Positions 12,843 to 21,625 of a stretch of DNA of 64,000 nucleotides are shown one piece after another; the first letter of the stretch is position 1; each line of letters starts with the position of its first letter. A program made the position numbers and the translations under genes. The DNA comes from an uncultured Candidatus Rokubacteria bacterium. Its GTDB lineage: Bacteria > Methylomirabilota > Methylomirabilia > Rokubacteriales > DASRDR01. The notes beneath the pieces were generated by a model. The model made no database searches and had not been told where the DNA came from. It was given only the letters and a program-made list of their open reading frames with translations. The stretch covers positions 76,287-140,286 of the forward strand of contig CAWCVP010000021.1 in the NCBI GenBank assembly GCA_963799055.1, in the 5' to 3' direction.

Positions 12843-15800
12843 TCATCGGCGCGCCTCCGTCGGTCCCCGGAACTCGCCGAGGAGCCGGATGAGGGTCTGG
12901 AAGGTGTCCGGCCACGGCTCCCGCGGAACCGTCGCCTCGAGGACGAACTCCCGCAGCGTGCGAAGCCGCCGACCATGCATCCGGAGCAGCTCGACGATGC
13001 GCTGCGGGGATACCGGCGTGCTCGGCGCGAACGTGAGGAGCGCGCGGCCCGCCCGCACCTCGAGCCGCTCGAGTCGGAGCGCCTTCGCGTGGAACCGGAG
13101 CGTCACCACGTCGAGCAGCCGGGCGGCGGCCGCCGGGAGCGGCCCGAACCGATCGCGGAGCTCCCGGCGAGCGTCGTCGACCTCCGCCGCCGTGCGTACG
13201 CCGGCGAGGCGCTTGTAGAGCGCGAGTCGCTGGGCCGCCTCGGCCACGTAGTCGTCGGGCAGATAGGCGGCCGCGTCCACCGTGACCACCGGGTCGACCT
13301 CGTCCTCGACCGCCTCTCCGCGGAGCTCGCGCACCGCCTCCTCGAGGAGCTTCAGGTACAGGTCGAAGCCGACCATCTCGATCTGACCGTGCTGCTGGGC
13401 CCCCAGGAGGTTGCCGGCTCCCCGGATCTCCATGTCGCGCAGCGCGACCTTGAGGCCCGAGCCGAGGGCGGTGAGCTCCTGGAGCACCCGGAGGCGCTTG
13501 GCCGCGACCTCATCGACCCGGCCGTCGGCGGGAATGAGGAGATAGGCGTACGCCTGAAGGCGATCGCGACCCACCCGGCCGCGCAGTTGGTAGAGCTGCG
13601 CCAGCCCGAGGCGATCGGCGCGGTTGATGATGATCGTGTTGGAGGCCGGGATGTCGAGGCCCGACTCGATGATGGCGGTGGCCACGAGCACATCGTACGC
13701 GCCTTCGACGTACTCGAGCATCGTCCGCTCGAGGACCGACTCCCGCAGCTGCCCGTGGGCCATCGCGACCCGCGCCCGCGGCACCAGCCGCCCGATGAGG
13801 CGCACGAGGGATGGCAGGGACTGGATCCGGTTGTGGACGACGAAGACCTGGCCCCCCCGGCCGAGCTCGCGCTCGATCGCCTCCTTGATGACATGGGGAT
13901 CGAAGCGGCAGACCACCGTCTCGATGGCCAGGCGATCGGCCGGCGGGGACTCGATGACCGACAGGTCGCGGATCCCGGACATCGCCATCGACAGGGTGCG
14001 CGGAATGGGGGTCGCCGTCAGCGTGAGCACGTGGACGGCCTTGCGCAGCTGCTTGAGCCGCTCCTTGTGCGACACGCCGAACCGATGCTCCTCGTCGACG
14101 ACCAGGAGCCCGAGATCCTTGAAGACGACGTCCTTCGAGAGGAGCCGGTGGGTGCCGATGACCACGTCCACGGACCCCGCCGCCAGACCCGCCAGGACCG
14201 CCTTTTGCTGGGTCGGCGAGCGGAAGCGGGAGAGCATCTCGACGCGCACGGGATAGGGGGCGAAGCGCTCCCGGAACGTGTTCCAGTGCTGCTCGGCGAG
14301 GATGGTCGTGGGGACGAGGACCGCGACCTGGTGGCCGTCCAGAGCGACCTTGAGGGCCGCGCGCATCGCCACCTCGGTCTTGCCGTAGCCGACGTCCCCG
14401 CAGACGAGCCGGTCCATGGGCTGTCGCCGCTCGAGATCCGCCTTGACCTGGCGAATCGCCTCGAGCTGGTCCGGGGTCTCCTCGAAGGCGAACGCCGCCT
14501 CGAACTCGTGCTGCCAGGTCGTGTCGCCGTCGATCGCGAGCCCCTCGACGACCTGCCGCTCGGCGTAGAGCCGCAGGAGCTCCTGCGCCATCTCCCGCAG
14601 CGAGGCGCGCACCGACTCCTTGGTTCGCTGCCAGGTGGTGGCGCCGAGCTTGTCGAGCCGCGGCGCCCCTTCCCCGGAGCCGACGTACTTGCTCACCGCC
14701 GCCATCCGTTGGACGGGCAGGTAGAGGCGGGCGCCCTCCGCGTACTCGAGGAGCAGGTAGTCCGACGGTTGGTCGTCGACCGACAGGGTCACCAGCCCCG
14801 AGTAGCGGCCGATGCCGTGCTCGCCGTGGACGACGAGGTCCCCCGGCCCCAGGTCCGTGAACGCGGCGATCGCCGCGCCCCGCTGGTACGTCGGCCGGCG
14901 CCGCATGGTCCGGCGGTGACCGAACAGCTCGGTCTCGGTGAGGCACACCAGACCGAGCCCGGGGCACTCGAACCCGACGTGGGCACCGGCTACCAGGACG
15001 GCGAGAGGGTCCGCCCCCAAGAGCTCGGTGACGACCGGCACGTCGTGCTCGAGATCGCGCAGGATCTCCTGCAGCCGCCCGGCCGTCGGAGGATCGGGCG
15101 CGAGGAGCCGCACGCGGAAGCCCTCGGCGCGCCAGGTGCCGAGGGCGGGCGCGAGTCGGCGGAGCTGGCCGCGCATGCCCTCGATCGAGCGTGTCTCGAG
15201 CCGGAGGGCGCCCGCCGCGCCGGTCAGCAAGAGGCCGCAGTCGATGCGCGGCCGATCGCCGAATGCCGCGAGCGTGGCCGCCTCCGGTGTCCCCGGCTCG
15301 AGCAGGGCCGGGTCGGCGACCGCGACCGGGGCGTCGGCCGGAAGGTAGTCCCGGAAGCGGGCCGCGTCGGCCTCGGCCTCGGGCAGCATCGGCAGGACGA
15401 GCAGCGACGCCAGCGCCCCCGTCGACCGCTGGCTGGTCGGATCGAACGTCCGGAGCGATTCGATCTCGTCGCCGACCAGCTCGAGGCGGACCGGCAAGGC
15501 CCCGGCGGGCGAGAACACGTCGACGATCCCGCCGCGCAGCGCCCACTGTCCCACGCCCGTCACGGTCTCGACCCGCTCGTACCCGGCGTCCTGGAGGTGC
15601 TCGACCACCGCGTCCCGGTCGACCGCGTCGCCGGGCGCGAGCGTCAGGACCTGGCGCCGGAAGGCCGCCGGGGGCGGCAGCGGCGCCTCGAGGCCTCGCA
15701 CGGGCACGATCACCCAGAGCGGCTCCCCGCGGAGGAGCCGGCCGAGGACACCCGCACGCCCCGCGTCCTCCTCTCGCGCGCCCGCGTCCCGCCAGAGGGC

Positions 15801-16088
15801 GGCGTGCGCGACGGGCATCGGCACGATCTCACCCGGCGCCTTCCGGCCGAGCGCCGCGGCGAAGCCTCGCAGGTCGTCGAGGACGCGGAGCGCCGTGGGC
15901 TCGTCCGCCACCGTCACGACCGCGGGCCGCTCCGGCGGGAGGAGCGCGGCGAGCGCCAGGGATACGGCGGACCCCCAGAGGCCCTCGAGCCGCAAGTGCC
16001 CCGCCCCCCGCGCCAGCGCCGCGCGCGCGAGGGAGAGGTCACCCCAGGCGTCGAGCGCGGGTGAGCTCGCGGTCAGGAGCGTCGCCAC
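12843..16088 (-). CDS. mfd: Transcription-repair coupling factor Mfd
   Basis: Intact 1081 aa. DRLVCGDVGYGKTEVA..LVPTTILAEQH..LLVVDEEHRFGV..TLTATPIPRTL..VHNRI..QLYQLRGRVGR. Confidence 0.95.
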   Translation of the reverse strand: MATLLTASSPALDAWGDLSLARAALARGAGHLRLEGLWGSAVSLALAALLPPERPAVVTVADEPTALRVLDDLRGFAAALGRKAPGEIVPMPVAHAALWRDAGAREEDAGRAGVLGRLLRGEPLWVIVPVRGLEAPLPPPAAFRRQVLTLAPGDAVDRDAVVEHLQDAGYERVETVTGVGQWALRGGIVDVFSPAGALPVRLELVGDEIESLRTFDPTSQRSTGALASLLVLPMLPEAEADAARFRDYLPADAPVAVADPALLEPGTPEAATLAAFGDRPRIDCGLLLTGAAGALRLETRSIEGMRGQLRRLAPALGTWRAEGFRVRLLAPDPPTAGRLQEILRDLEHDVPVVTELLGADPLAVLVAGAHVGFECPGLGLVCLTETELFGHRRTMRRRPTYQRGAAIAAFTDLGPGDLVVHGEHGIGRYSGLVTLSVDDQPSDYLLLEYAEGARLYLPVQRMAAVSKYVGSGEGAPRLDKLGATTWQRTKESVRASLREMAQELLRLYAERQVVEGLAIDGDTTWQHEFEAAFAFEETPDQLEAIRQVKADLERRQPMDRLVCGDVGYGKTEVAMRAALKVALDGHQVAVLVPTTILAEQHWNTFRERFAPYPVRVEMLSRFRSPTQQKAVLAGLAAGSVDVVIGTHRLLSKDVVFKDLGLLVVDEEHRFGVSHKERLKQLRKAVHVLTLTATPIPRTLSMAMSGIRDLSVIESPPADRLAIETVVCRFDPHVIKEAIERELGRGGQVFVVHNRIQSLPSLVRLIGRLVPRARVAMAHGQLRESVLERTMLEYVEGAYDVLVATAIIESGLDIPASNTIIINRADRLGLAQLYQLRGRVGRDRLQAYAYLLIPADGRVDEVAAKRLRVLQELTALGSGLKVALRDMEIRGAGNLLGAQQHGQIEMVGFDLYLKLLEEAVRELRGEAVEDEVDPVVTVDAAAYLPDDYVAEAAQRLALYKRLAGVRTAAEVDDARRELRDRFGPLPAAAARLLDVVTLRFHAKALRLERLEVRAGRALLTFAPSTPVSPQRIVELLRMHGRRLRTLREFVLEATVPREPWPDTFQTLIRLLGEFRGPTEARR

Positions 16089-16097
16089 GGGATCAGC

Positions 16098-16757
16098 TCA
16101 CCGGGGGGCCAGCCCGAGGTGGAAGGACAGGTTCTCCAGCTCGATCGACAGATCGACGTTCTGGAGGCGCACGTCCTTCGGGACCTTGACCCGGGCGGGG
16201 GCGAAGTTGAGGATGGCCCGGACGCCGGCGGCGACGAGGCGGTCGGCGACGCCCTGGGCTGCCTCGGCGGGCACCGCGACGACGCCGATCTGGATCGTCT
16301 GACCCTTGACCACCCGCGGCAATTCCGCCAGCGCCTGGATCACCAACCCGTTGACCGACCGCCCGATCTTGGCGGCGTCATCGTCGACGATCGCCGCGAT
16401 CCGGAAGCCCTGGCGCGCGAAGCCGCGGTAGTGGAACAAGGCGGAACCGAGGTTGCCGAAGCCGACCAGCACGACCCGCCACTCGCGGTCGAGTCCCAGG
16501 ATGCGCTGGATCTCCCCGCGCAGCACGGCGGTGTCGTACCCGATGCCCCGGATGCCGAACTCGCCGAAGTATGCGAGGTCCTTCCGGACCTGGGCCGAGT
16601 TCAGATGGAACCGCGCGGCGAGCTCCTGCGACGAGATCGTCTTGACGCCGTCCTCCTCGAGCTGCGCCAGGCAGCGAAAGTAGACGGACAGGCGTCGGAC
16701 GGTCATCTCCGGGATGCGGGGCAGGCGTCCTCCGGAACGCGGCATGCGCGTTGCCAC
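16098..16757 (-). CDS. rex: Redox-sensing transcriptional repressor Rex
   Basis: RRLSVYFRCL..ISSQELA..NSAQVRKDLAYFGEFG.RG.GY..VVLVGFGNLG.AL..ILNFAP. The start could instead be the ATG at 16745. Confidence 0.9.
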   Translation of the reverse strand: MATRMPRSGGRLPRIPEMTVRRLSVYFRCLAQLEEDGVKTISSQELAARFHLNSAQVRKDLAYFGEFGIRGIGYDTAVLRGEIQRILGLDREWRVVLVGFGNLGSALFHYRGFARQGFRIAAIVDDDAAKIGRSVNGLVIQALAELPRVVKGQTIQIGVVAVPAEAAQGVADRLVAAGVRAILNFAPARVKVPKDVRLQNVDLSIELENLSFHLGLAPR

Positions 16758-16803
16758 GGCCAGCCGGGGGACGGCGCGGCGCCGCCCCCCGGCCGCGCCG
16801 CCT

Positions 16804-17127
16804 CTACTTGAACGGGTTTGCGAAGAGCAGGATGATCGCGATGACGAGCGTGTAGATCGCCAGGGACTCGATGAGCGCCAGACCGATGATCATCGCGGTC
16901 TGGATCCGAGCCGCCGCGCCGGGCTGACGGGCCATGCCCTCCAGCGCCGCCGCGATCGCCTTGGCCTGACCGAGTCCGCAAAGGCCGGCCGCCAGGGCCA
17001 TCCCGATGCCCGCCGCGATGACCGTGAACGGCCCGACCCAGGACGCCGTCGCCGCCGCGTCCGCCGCGTGGGCGACCCCCTCGGCGAGGCTCAGAGACAG
17101 CCCCAGAAGTATGAGCGCGATACGCAC
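16804..17127 (-). CDS. atpE: F0F1 ATP synthase subunit c
   Basis: ..GIGMALAAGLCGLGQAKAIAAALEGMARQP..IIGLALIESLAIYTLVIAIILLF. GTG at 17125-17127 is preceded by GGAGGAGAGAAG. Confidence 0.9.
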   Translation of the reverse strand: MRIALILLGLSLSLAEGVAHAADAAATASWVGPFTVIAAGIGMALAAGLCGLGQAKAIAAALEGMARQPGAAARIQTAMIIGLALIESLAIYTLVIAIILLFANPFK

Positions 17128-17188
17128 CTTCTCTCCTCCTTCCCCATCCCGCCCGGGCCCCCGGGCCGTGTCGGCGGCGGGGGCGGTG

Positions 17189-18019
17189 TTAGTGATGGGC
17201 GGGTGCCGCGGCCTCCTGGCCGCCGTGTCCCGCGTGATCGCCGTGCCCCCCCGGGGCCCCATGCCCGGACTCCGAGCCGTGCTCGGCCTCGAGGGCGCCG
17301 GCAATGTAGAGCATCGAGAGCATGCAGAAGATGAATGCCTGGAGAAACGCCACCAGGAGCTTCAGCGGGAACAGGAAGCCGACGGTGAACAGCACCGTCG
17401 CGACGGTCCCCACGCCGCCGATGACGAGACCCACCACGCCCGCGGCGCCCGAGAGCGCCCAGGTCGAGAGCCCCACCGTCATGAAGAAGACGATCGAGAG
17501 CAGGATGTGGCCGCCCAGCATGTTGCCGAAGAGGCGCAGCGTGAGCGACAGCGGACGGGCGAGGTGGCTGATCAGCTCGATCGGGATCATGAGCGGGGCC
17601 AACGCCGGCATCGGGCCCGCGAAGTGCTTGAGATACGCCACGAGCCCGTGCGCGCGGATCCCGATCCAGTGGTACGAGAAGAACACCACGAGCGCGCACG
17701 CCAGGTTGGTGTTGACGTTGTCGGTTGGAGCGGTGAAGCCGGGCACCAGACCGAGAAGGTTCGACGCGAAGATGAAGAGCCCGAGCGTCGCGATCAGCGG
17801 GAGGAACCGCCGACCCTCGCGGCCGATCACGTCGTCGATCAGCGCGATCACGAACTCGAGGGCGGCCTCGAGGGCATTCTGGAGGCCTCGCGGCACCAGC
17901 GCCGGCCGCCGCGGCACCGCGAGCGCGACGGCGATGAGGATCGCGATCACCAGCCACCCGAAGGCGACGTGATGGGGCAGCCCGAACGTGTTGAAGATGG
18001 GGGGCTCGAGCTCGTGCAT
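17189..18019 (-). CDS. atpB: F0F1 ATP synthase subunit a with a His/Gly-rich C-terminal tail
   Basis: ..NLLGLVPG..PTDNVNTNLA..LSLTLRLFGNMLGGHIL..AFIFCMLSMLYI. The tail is AEHGSESGHGAPGGHGDHAGHGGQEAAAPAHH. Confidence 0.9.
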   Translation of the reverse strand: MHELEPPIFNTFGLPHHVAFGWLVIAILIAVALAVPRRPALVPRGLQNALEAALEFVIALIDDVIGREGRRFLPLIATLGLFIFASNLLGLVPGFTAPTDNVNTNLACALVVFFSYHWIGIRAHGLVAYLKHFAGPMPALAPLMIPIELISHLARPLSLTLRLFGNMLGGHILLSIVFFMTVGLSTWALSGAAGVVGLVIGGVGTVATVLFTVGFLFPLKLLVAFLQAFIFCMLSMLYIAGALEAEHGSESGHGAPGGHGDHAGHGGQEAAAPAHH

Positions 18020-18022
18020 CGC

Positions 18023-18391
18023 CTAGGCCACGCGGGCCGCCCGGAGGCCCGCCAGGATCACGGCCACCGGCACCAGGGTCAACGACAGCGCGAGCCCCGC
18101 CACGCCGACCCCCGTCTGCGTGACCAGGAGCCCCGTCAGGCACCCGAGCATGGCGAGCCGGAGGCCACTGGACCCGACCCAGAGCGCCGACACCCGGGCC
18201 GGCGCGCCCGAGAGGGCCCGGTCCGCGACCCAGGCAAGGCCGCCGAAGTTCATCAGGGTCAACGCGCTCCCCACCAGGGCTCCGGCGGCATCGGCCGGAC
18301 CGCGAAGGAGTCCACACGCGCCGGCGAGGCCGAGCGTCAGGAGCCCGGCCATGAGCCACACGCGCCGGGCGAGATCAATCGGGACGGTCAC
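18023..18391 (-). CDS. atpI: ATP synthase protein I (AtpI-like small membrane protein)
   Basis: 122-aa hydrophobic protein, about 4 predicted TM segments, immediately upstream of atpB. Assignment is mainly by position. Confidence 0.6.
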   Translation of the reverse strand: MTVPIDLARRVWLMAGLLTLGLAGACGLLRGPADAAGALVGSALTLMNFGGLAWVADRALSGAPARVSALWVGSSGLRLAMLGCLTGLLVTQTGVGVAGLALSLTLVPVAVILAGLRAARVA

Positions 18392-18638
18392 GTTCAGCCT
18401 GCCTCCCCTCGCGGCCGAAGATCCCCGCCGCGCGGAAGAGATTGACGAAGCCCGCGGCGATGCCGAAGAGCAGCCCCACCAGCATCAGCCAGGGTTTGGT
18501 GCCCAGCCACGCGTCCAGGACGTAGCCCCCCCAGAAGCCCAGGACGGTGGAGATCACGAGCGTGAGCCCCACCCCGCTGAGCACTCCGACCTGCCGCACC
18601 CAGCGACGGTCGGGCCGGCCAGGTTCGGCTGGGATCAC
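18375..18638 (-). CDS. AtpZ/AtpR-like small membrane protein (ATPase_gene1 type)
   Basis: Two TM helices (VGVLSGVGLTLVISTVLGFWGGYVLD and PWLMLVGLLFGIAAGFVNLF), typical of atpZ, as the first gene of the atp operon. GTG at 18636-18638 follows GGAGGA. The track start at 18686 lies inside the predicted -10. Confidence 0.55.
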   Translation of the reverse strand: MIPAEPGRPDRRWVRQVGVLSGVGLTLVISTVLGFWGGYVLDAWLGTKPWLMLVGLLFGIAAGFVNLFRAAGIFGREGRQAERDRPD

Positions 18639-18670
18639 ACCCGGTCCTCCCCAGGGGTGGTCAGGAGCGC

Positions 18671-18688
18671 TTGTGAACACTAGCACAG
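18671..18688. promoter_or_regulatory. Rex-operator-like site overlapping the atp promoter -10
   Basis: TTGTGAACACTAGCACAG compared with the Rex consensus TTGTGAA-N4-TTCACAA. The left half is 7/7 and the right half 4/7. Confidence 0.4.
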
Positions 18689-18705
18689 CTACCCGGCACT
18701 GACAA
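18677..18705 (-). promoter_or_regulatory. Predicted sigma70 promoter of the atpZ-atpI-atpB-atpE(-rex) operon (TTGTCA-N17-TAGTGT)
   Basis: Minus strand reads TTGTCAgtgccgggtagctgtgcTAGTGT, about 32 nt upstream of the GGAGGA-GTG start of atpZ. Confidence 0.5.
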
Positions 18706-18753
18706 CCCGACCCCCCGACCAGGCCATCGCACCCGGTGCCGCCGGTCCGACGC

Positions 18754-20469
18754 CTAGCCGAACATGCCCCCCATTCGTGTCCCCGCGACGCGGTTGATCG
18801 CCACCAGGCAGACCGCCGCCACCAAGATCAGCACGACACCGAGGGCGGCGGCCTCGCTCGTGCTCCCGGCGATGTAGAAGTTGAAGATCCCCACCGTGAT
18901 CGTCTCCCACCCCCCGAGCGAGAGGAACAGGACGGCGGAGGCCTCCTGGAGAGACGTCATGAAGGAGAAGAGCCCGCCGACGAGGACACCCTTCCAGATG
19001 AGCGGGAAGGTCACGTCCTTGAACGACCGGAGCCGCGAGGCTCCCACGCTCCCGGCCGCCTCCTCGAGCGCGGGATGGACGAGGAGGAGCGACGCGTAGC
19101 TGCCGCGGACGGCGTAGGGCAGCCGGCGCACCGCCAGGACCAGGGGCAGGATGATCCAGAGGCTCGTCAGGGGAACGCCGAGTCCGGGGATGTCCCCGTG
19201 GAAGGCCCGGACGTAGGCGATGCCGATCGCCGTGCCGGGAATGGCCAGGATCAGCGTGTTCAGGGCGTCCAGCGCGCCGCGCCCCGGCAGACGTGTCCGG
19301 GCGAGGATCCAGGCGATGGGCAGCCCGATGCCGACGCACAGCGCGAGCGCGAGCCCGGCGTAGAGCAGGCTGTTGGTGACGTACTTCGGGGTCTCGACCA
19401 GCACGCGCTCGAAGAACTGGAGCGTGTACTGGGTCGGCAGGGGGGTCAAGGACCACCCCCGGCCGAACGCCGCCAGCGCGATCCCCAGGTAGGGCATGAA
19501 CGCCAGCAGCATGACGCCCGACAGGCCCGCCGCGACCAGCACCTGGAGCGCGGGCGGAAGACGGCGCCGTTCCACCTTCGCGTACGCGAGCGAGGAATAG
19601 TCCTTGATGGCCACGTAGTGGCGGGCGAGCAGGAGGAAGACGACCGCCAGCAGGACCAGCAGGGCCGAGATCACGATGCCCATCCGGAAGAGCCGCCGGT
19701 CCACGAACTGGACGATGTTGAGGTACGCCTGCGGCGCGAGGAGATCGTGGACCCCGACGACGAGCGGCGTCACGAAGTCGGCGAAGGTCCAGATGAAGAC
19801 GAGGAGCGCGCCCGCCAGGTACCCCGGTGTCGTGAGCGGCAAGGTCACCGTCCACAGCTTCCGCCATCCCCGCGCCCCCACGCTCTCCGCCGCCTCCTCG
19901 AGCGCGGGATCGACCTTCCCGAGGGCGTCCACCACGTTCAGCGTGATCATCGGGAAGAGGTGGAGCGCCTCCACCAAGAGGACCCCATGGAGCCCGTACA
20001 TGAAGTTGATCGGCTGGACCATGTCGAAGTGGTCCATCAGGAGCACGTTCACGGTCCCCGCCCGTCCCAGGATGAACACGAACCCGAGGACGCCGACGAG
20101 CGGAGGCGAGATGATCGGGATGAGCGTGAGATACGAGAAGACGCTCCGGCCCCAGAACTCGTAGCGCACGAGCAGGAACGCGACGCCGATCCCGAGGACC
20201 GAGGACACGGCCACGACGCCCACGCCGAGGAGGAGCGAGTTCCAGAGCGACCGCAGGTAGAAGGCGTCCGTGAAGAACGCGTGGAAGTGGCGGAGCGTGA
20301 ACGCGCCCGCGTCGTCCGTCACGGCGTCGTAGAAGATCCGGGCCACCGGGTAGAGGAGGAAGATCGCGAGGAACGCCCAGATCAGGGCGACGCCGAGGGC
20401 GGGGGCCACGCGGGACGCCGGGCCCTCGGCGGCGCGCGGCAGGGCCAGGGCGCGGCTGTCGGGGCTCAC
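18754..20469 (-). CDS. Two-domain ABC transporter permease (FbpB/AfuB-like, Fe3+-type)
   Basis: 571 aa with two MetI-like permease domains (two EAA-type loops: ALEEAAESVGA and ALEEAAGSVGA). GTG at 20467-20469 overlaps the ATPase stop (GTGA). The 940-aa track ORF falsely fuses it to the ATPase. Confidence 0.85.
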   Translation of the reverse strand: MSPDSRALALPRAAEGPASRVAPALGVALIWAFLAIFLLYPVARIFYDAVTDDAGAFTLRHFHAFFTDAFYLRSLWNSLLLGVGVVAVSSVLGIGVAFLLVRYEFWGRSVFSYLTLIPIISPPLVGVLGFVFILGRAGTVNVLLMDHFDMVQPINFMYGLHGVLLVEALHLFPMITLNVVDALGKVDPALEEAAESVGARGWRKLWTVTLPLTTPGYLAGALLVFIWTFADFVTPLVVGVHDLLAPQAYLNIVQFVDRRLFRMGIVISALLVLLAVVFLLLARHYVAIKDYSSLAYAKVERRRLPPALQVLVAAGLSGVMLLAFMPYLGIALAAFGRGWSLTPLPTQYTLQFFERVLVETPKYVTNSLLYAGLALALCVGIGLPIAWILARTRLPGRGALDALNTLILAIPGTAIGIAYVRAFHGDIPGLGVPLTSLWIILPLVLAVRRLPYAVRGSYASLLLVHPALEEAAGSVGASRLRSFKDVTFPLIWKGVLVGGLFSFMTSLQEASAVLFLSLGGWETITVGIFNFYIAGSTSEAAALGVVLILVAAVCLVAINRVAGTRMGGMFG

Positions 20470-21576
20470 GGGCCGCCCGCCGGCCCGTCGTCCGGAAGAG
20501 CGAGGGTGACCGACGCGGGGAAGTCGAGCGTCACCGGCGCGCCGAGCGCGAGAGGCGTGTGGTGCCACGCGTCGCGGATGTCCGTCTTCAGCGTGAGCCC
20601 GCCGGCCGTCTCGACGTCGTACCGGAGCGTGTTCCCGAGGTAGGACGCGAGCGCGATCCGTCCGGCGCAGCGGTTGGCATCGCCGGGCGCCGGGGCCGTC
20701 CCGGCGACCCCGATCGTGACGTTCTCGGGCCGGATCGCGAGCACGCAGCCTTGGCCCACGCCGAGGTGGCCTCCGCCGCGCGGAAGCCGCGCCCGGAGGC
20801 GCCCGAGGCCGGTCTCCACGATGACGGCCTCGCTGGCGGCCTCGAGCACCCGGCCCGCCACCAGGTTGTTGGTGCCCACGAAGTCGGCCACGAAGCGCGT
20901 CCGCGGGCTTTCGTAGAGCTCCCGGGGCGGGCCGAGCTGGAGGACCCGGCCGTCGCGCATGACGGCCACCCGGTCGGACAGGGACAGCGCCTCTTCCTGG
21001 TCGTGGGTCACGTAGACGGTCGTGATCCCCAGCTCCTGCTGGAGCTTCCGGATCTCCGCCCGCACCTGCACGCGGATCTTCGCGTCGAGGTTCGAGAGCG
21101 GCTCGTCGAGGAGGAGGATGTCCGGGCTCAGCACGAGCGCCCGCGCCAGGGCGACCCGCTGTTGCTGGCCTCCGGAGAGCTGGCCCGGGTAGCGCGCGCC
21201 GAGGCCGGCCAGGTTGACCTTGCGCAGCCCCTCGTCGACCTGGGCCTCGAGCGCCGCCGCCGCGCACTCGGCGGAGCCGGAGCCCGTACGCCACGTTCTG
21301 GAACACGGTCATGTGCGGCCAGAGGGCGTAGTTCTGGAAGACCATGCCGATGTTGCGGGCATGCGGCGGGAGGTCGGTGACGTCCCGCTCCCCGAAGCGG
21401 ATGCGTCCCGTGTCCGGGCGGTGGAAGCCGGCGATGAGCCGGAGGAGCGTGGTCTTGCCGCAGCCGGAAGGGCCGAGGAGCGTGAACAGCTCGCCGTCCG
21501 CGATCTCGAGCGTGACGCCGTCGACGGCGAGGACGGCGCCGAACCGCTTGCTCAGCTCGCGGACGGTGATCTGCAT
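20466..21576 (-). CDS. ABC transporter ATP-binding protein (FbpC/PotA-like, C-terminal TOBE-like domain), one frameshift near 21265-21280
   Basis: Walker A GPSGCGKTT and Q-loop are in one frame. LSGGQQQRVALARAL, LLLDEPLSNLDA and VTHDQEEA are in another. Length 1111 nt (mod 3 = 1). Confidence 0.85.
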
Positions 21577-21590
21577 GGGCGCCGGGTCGA

Positions 21591-21618
21591 GGCCGGCCCC
21601 GACGCCGCGGGGCCGGCC
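21591..21618. other. Perfect 10-bp GC stem-loop between the cytochrome c and the ABC ATPase gene
   Basis: GGCCGGCCCC (21591-21600), loop gacgccgc, GGGGCCGGCC (21609-21618). Confidence 0.7.
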
Positions 21619-21625
21619 CCGGAGG

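Noticed and set aside
12396-16064. 1222-aa plus-strand ORF (the largest in the track).
   Set aside because: It lies exactly antisense to mfd. Its translation is Arg/Gly/Pro/Glu/Asp-rich low-complexity sequence with no motif, while the minus strand encodes a complete Mfd with all helicase motifs. This is a typical shadow ORF of high-GC DNA.
16804-17304. 166-aa version of the atpE ORF and other long N-terminal extensions in the track (hisD, hisB, prmC, glmU, envC-like, surA-like, Fe-SBP).
   Set aside because: The extensions overlap the preceding gene and are Arg/Pro/Gly-rich. They precede better starts with SD motifs or 4-nt stop/start coupling. Coordinates in the feature table were trimmed accordingly.
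18754-21576. Apparent 940-aa ATPase-permease fusion.
   Set aside because: After the frameshift near 21265-21280 the ATPase continues to a stop at 20466 in another frame. The permease starts at a GTGA-coupled GTG at 20469.
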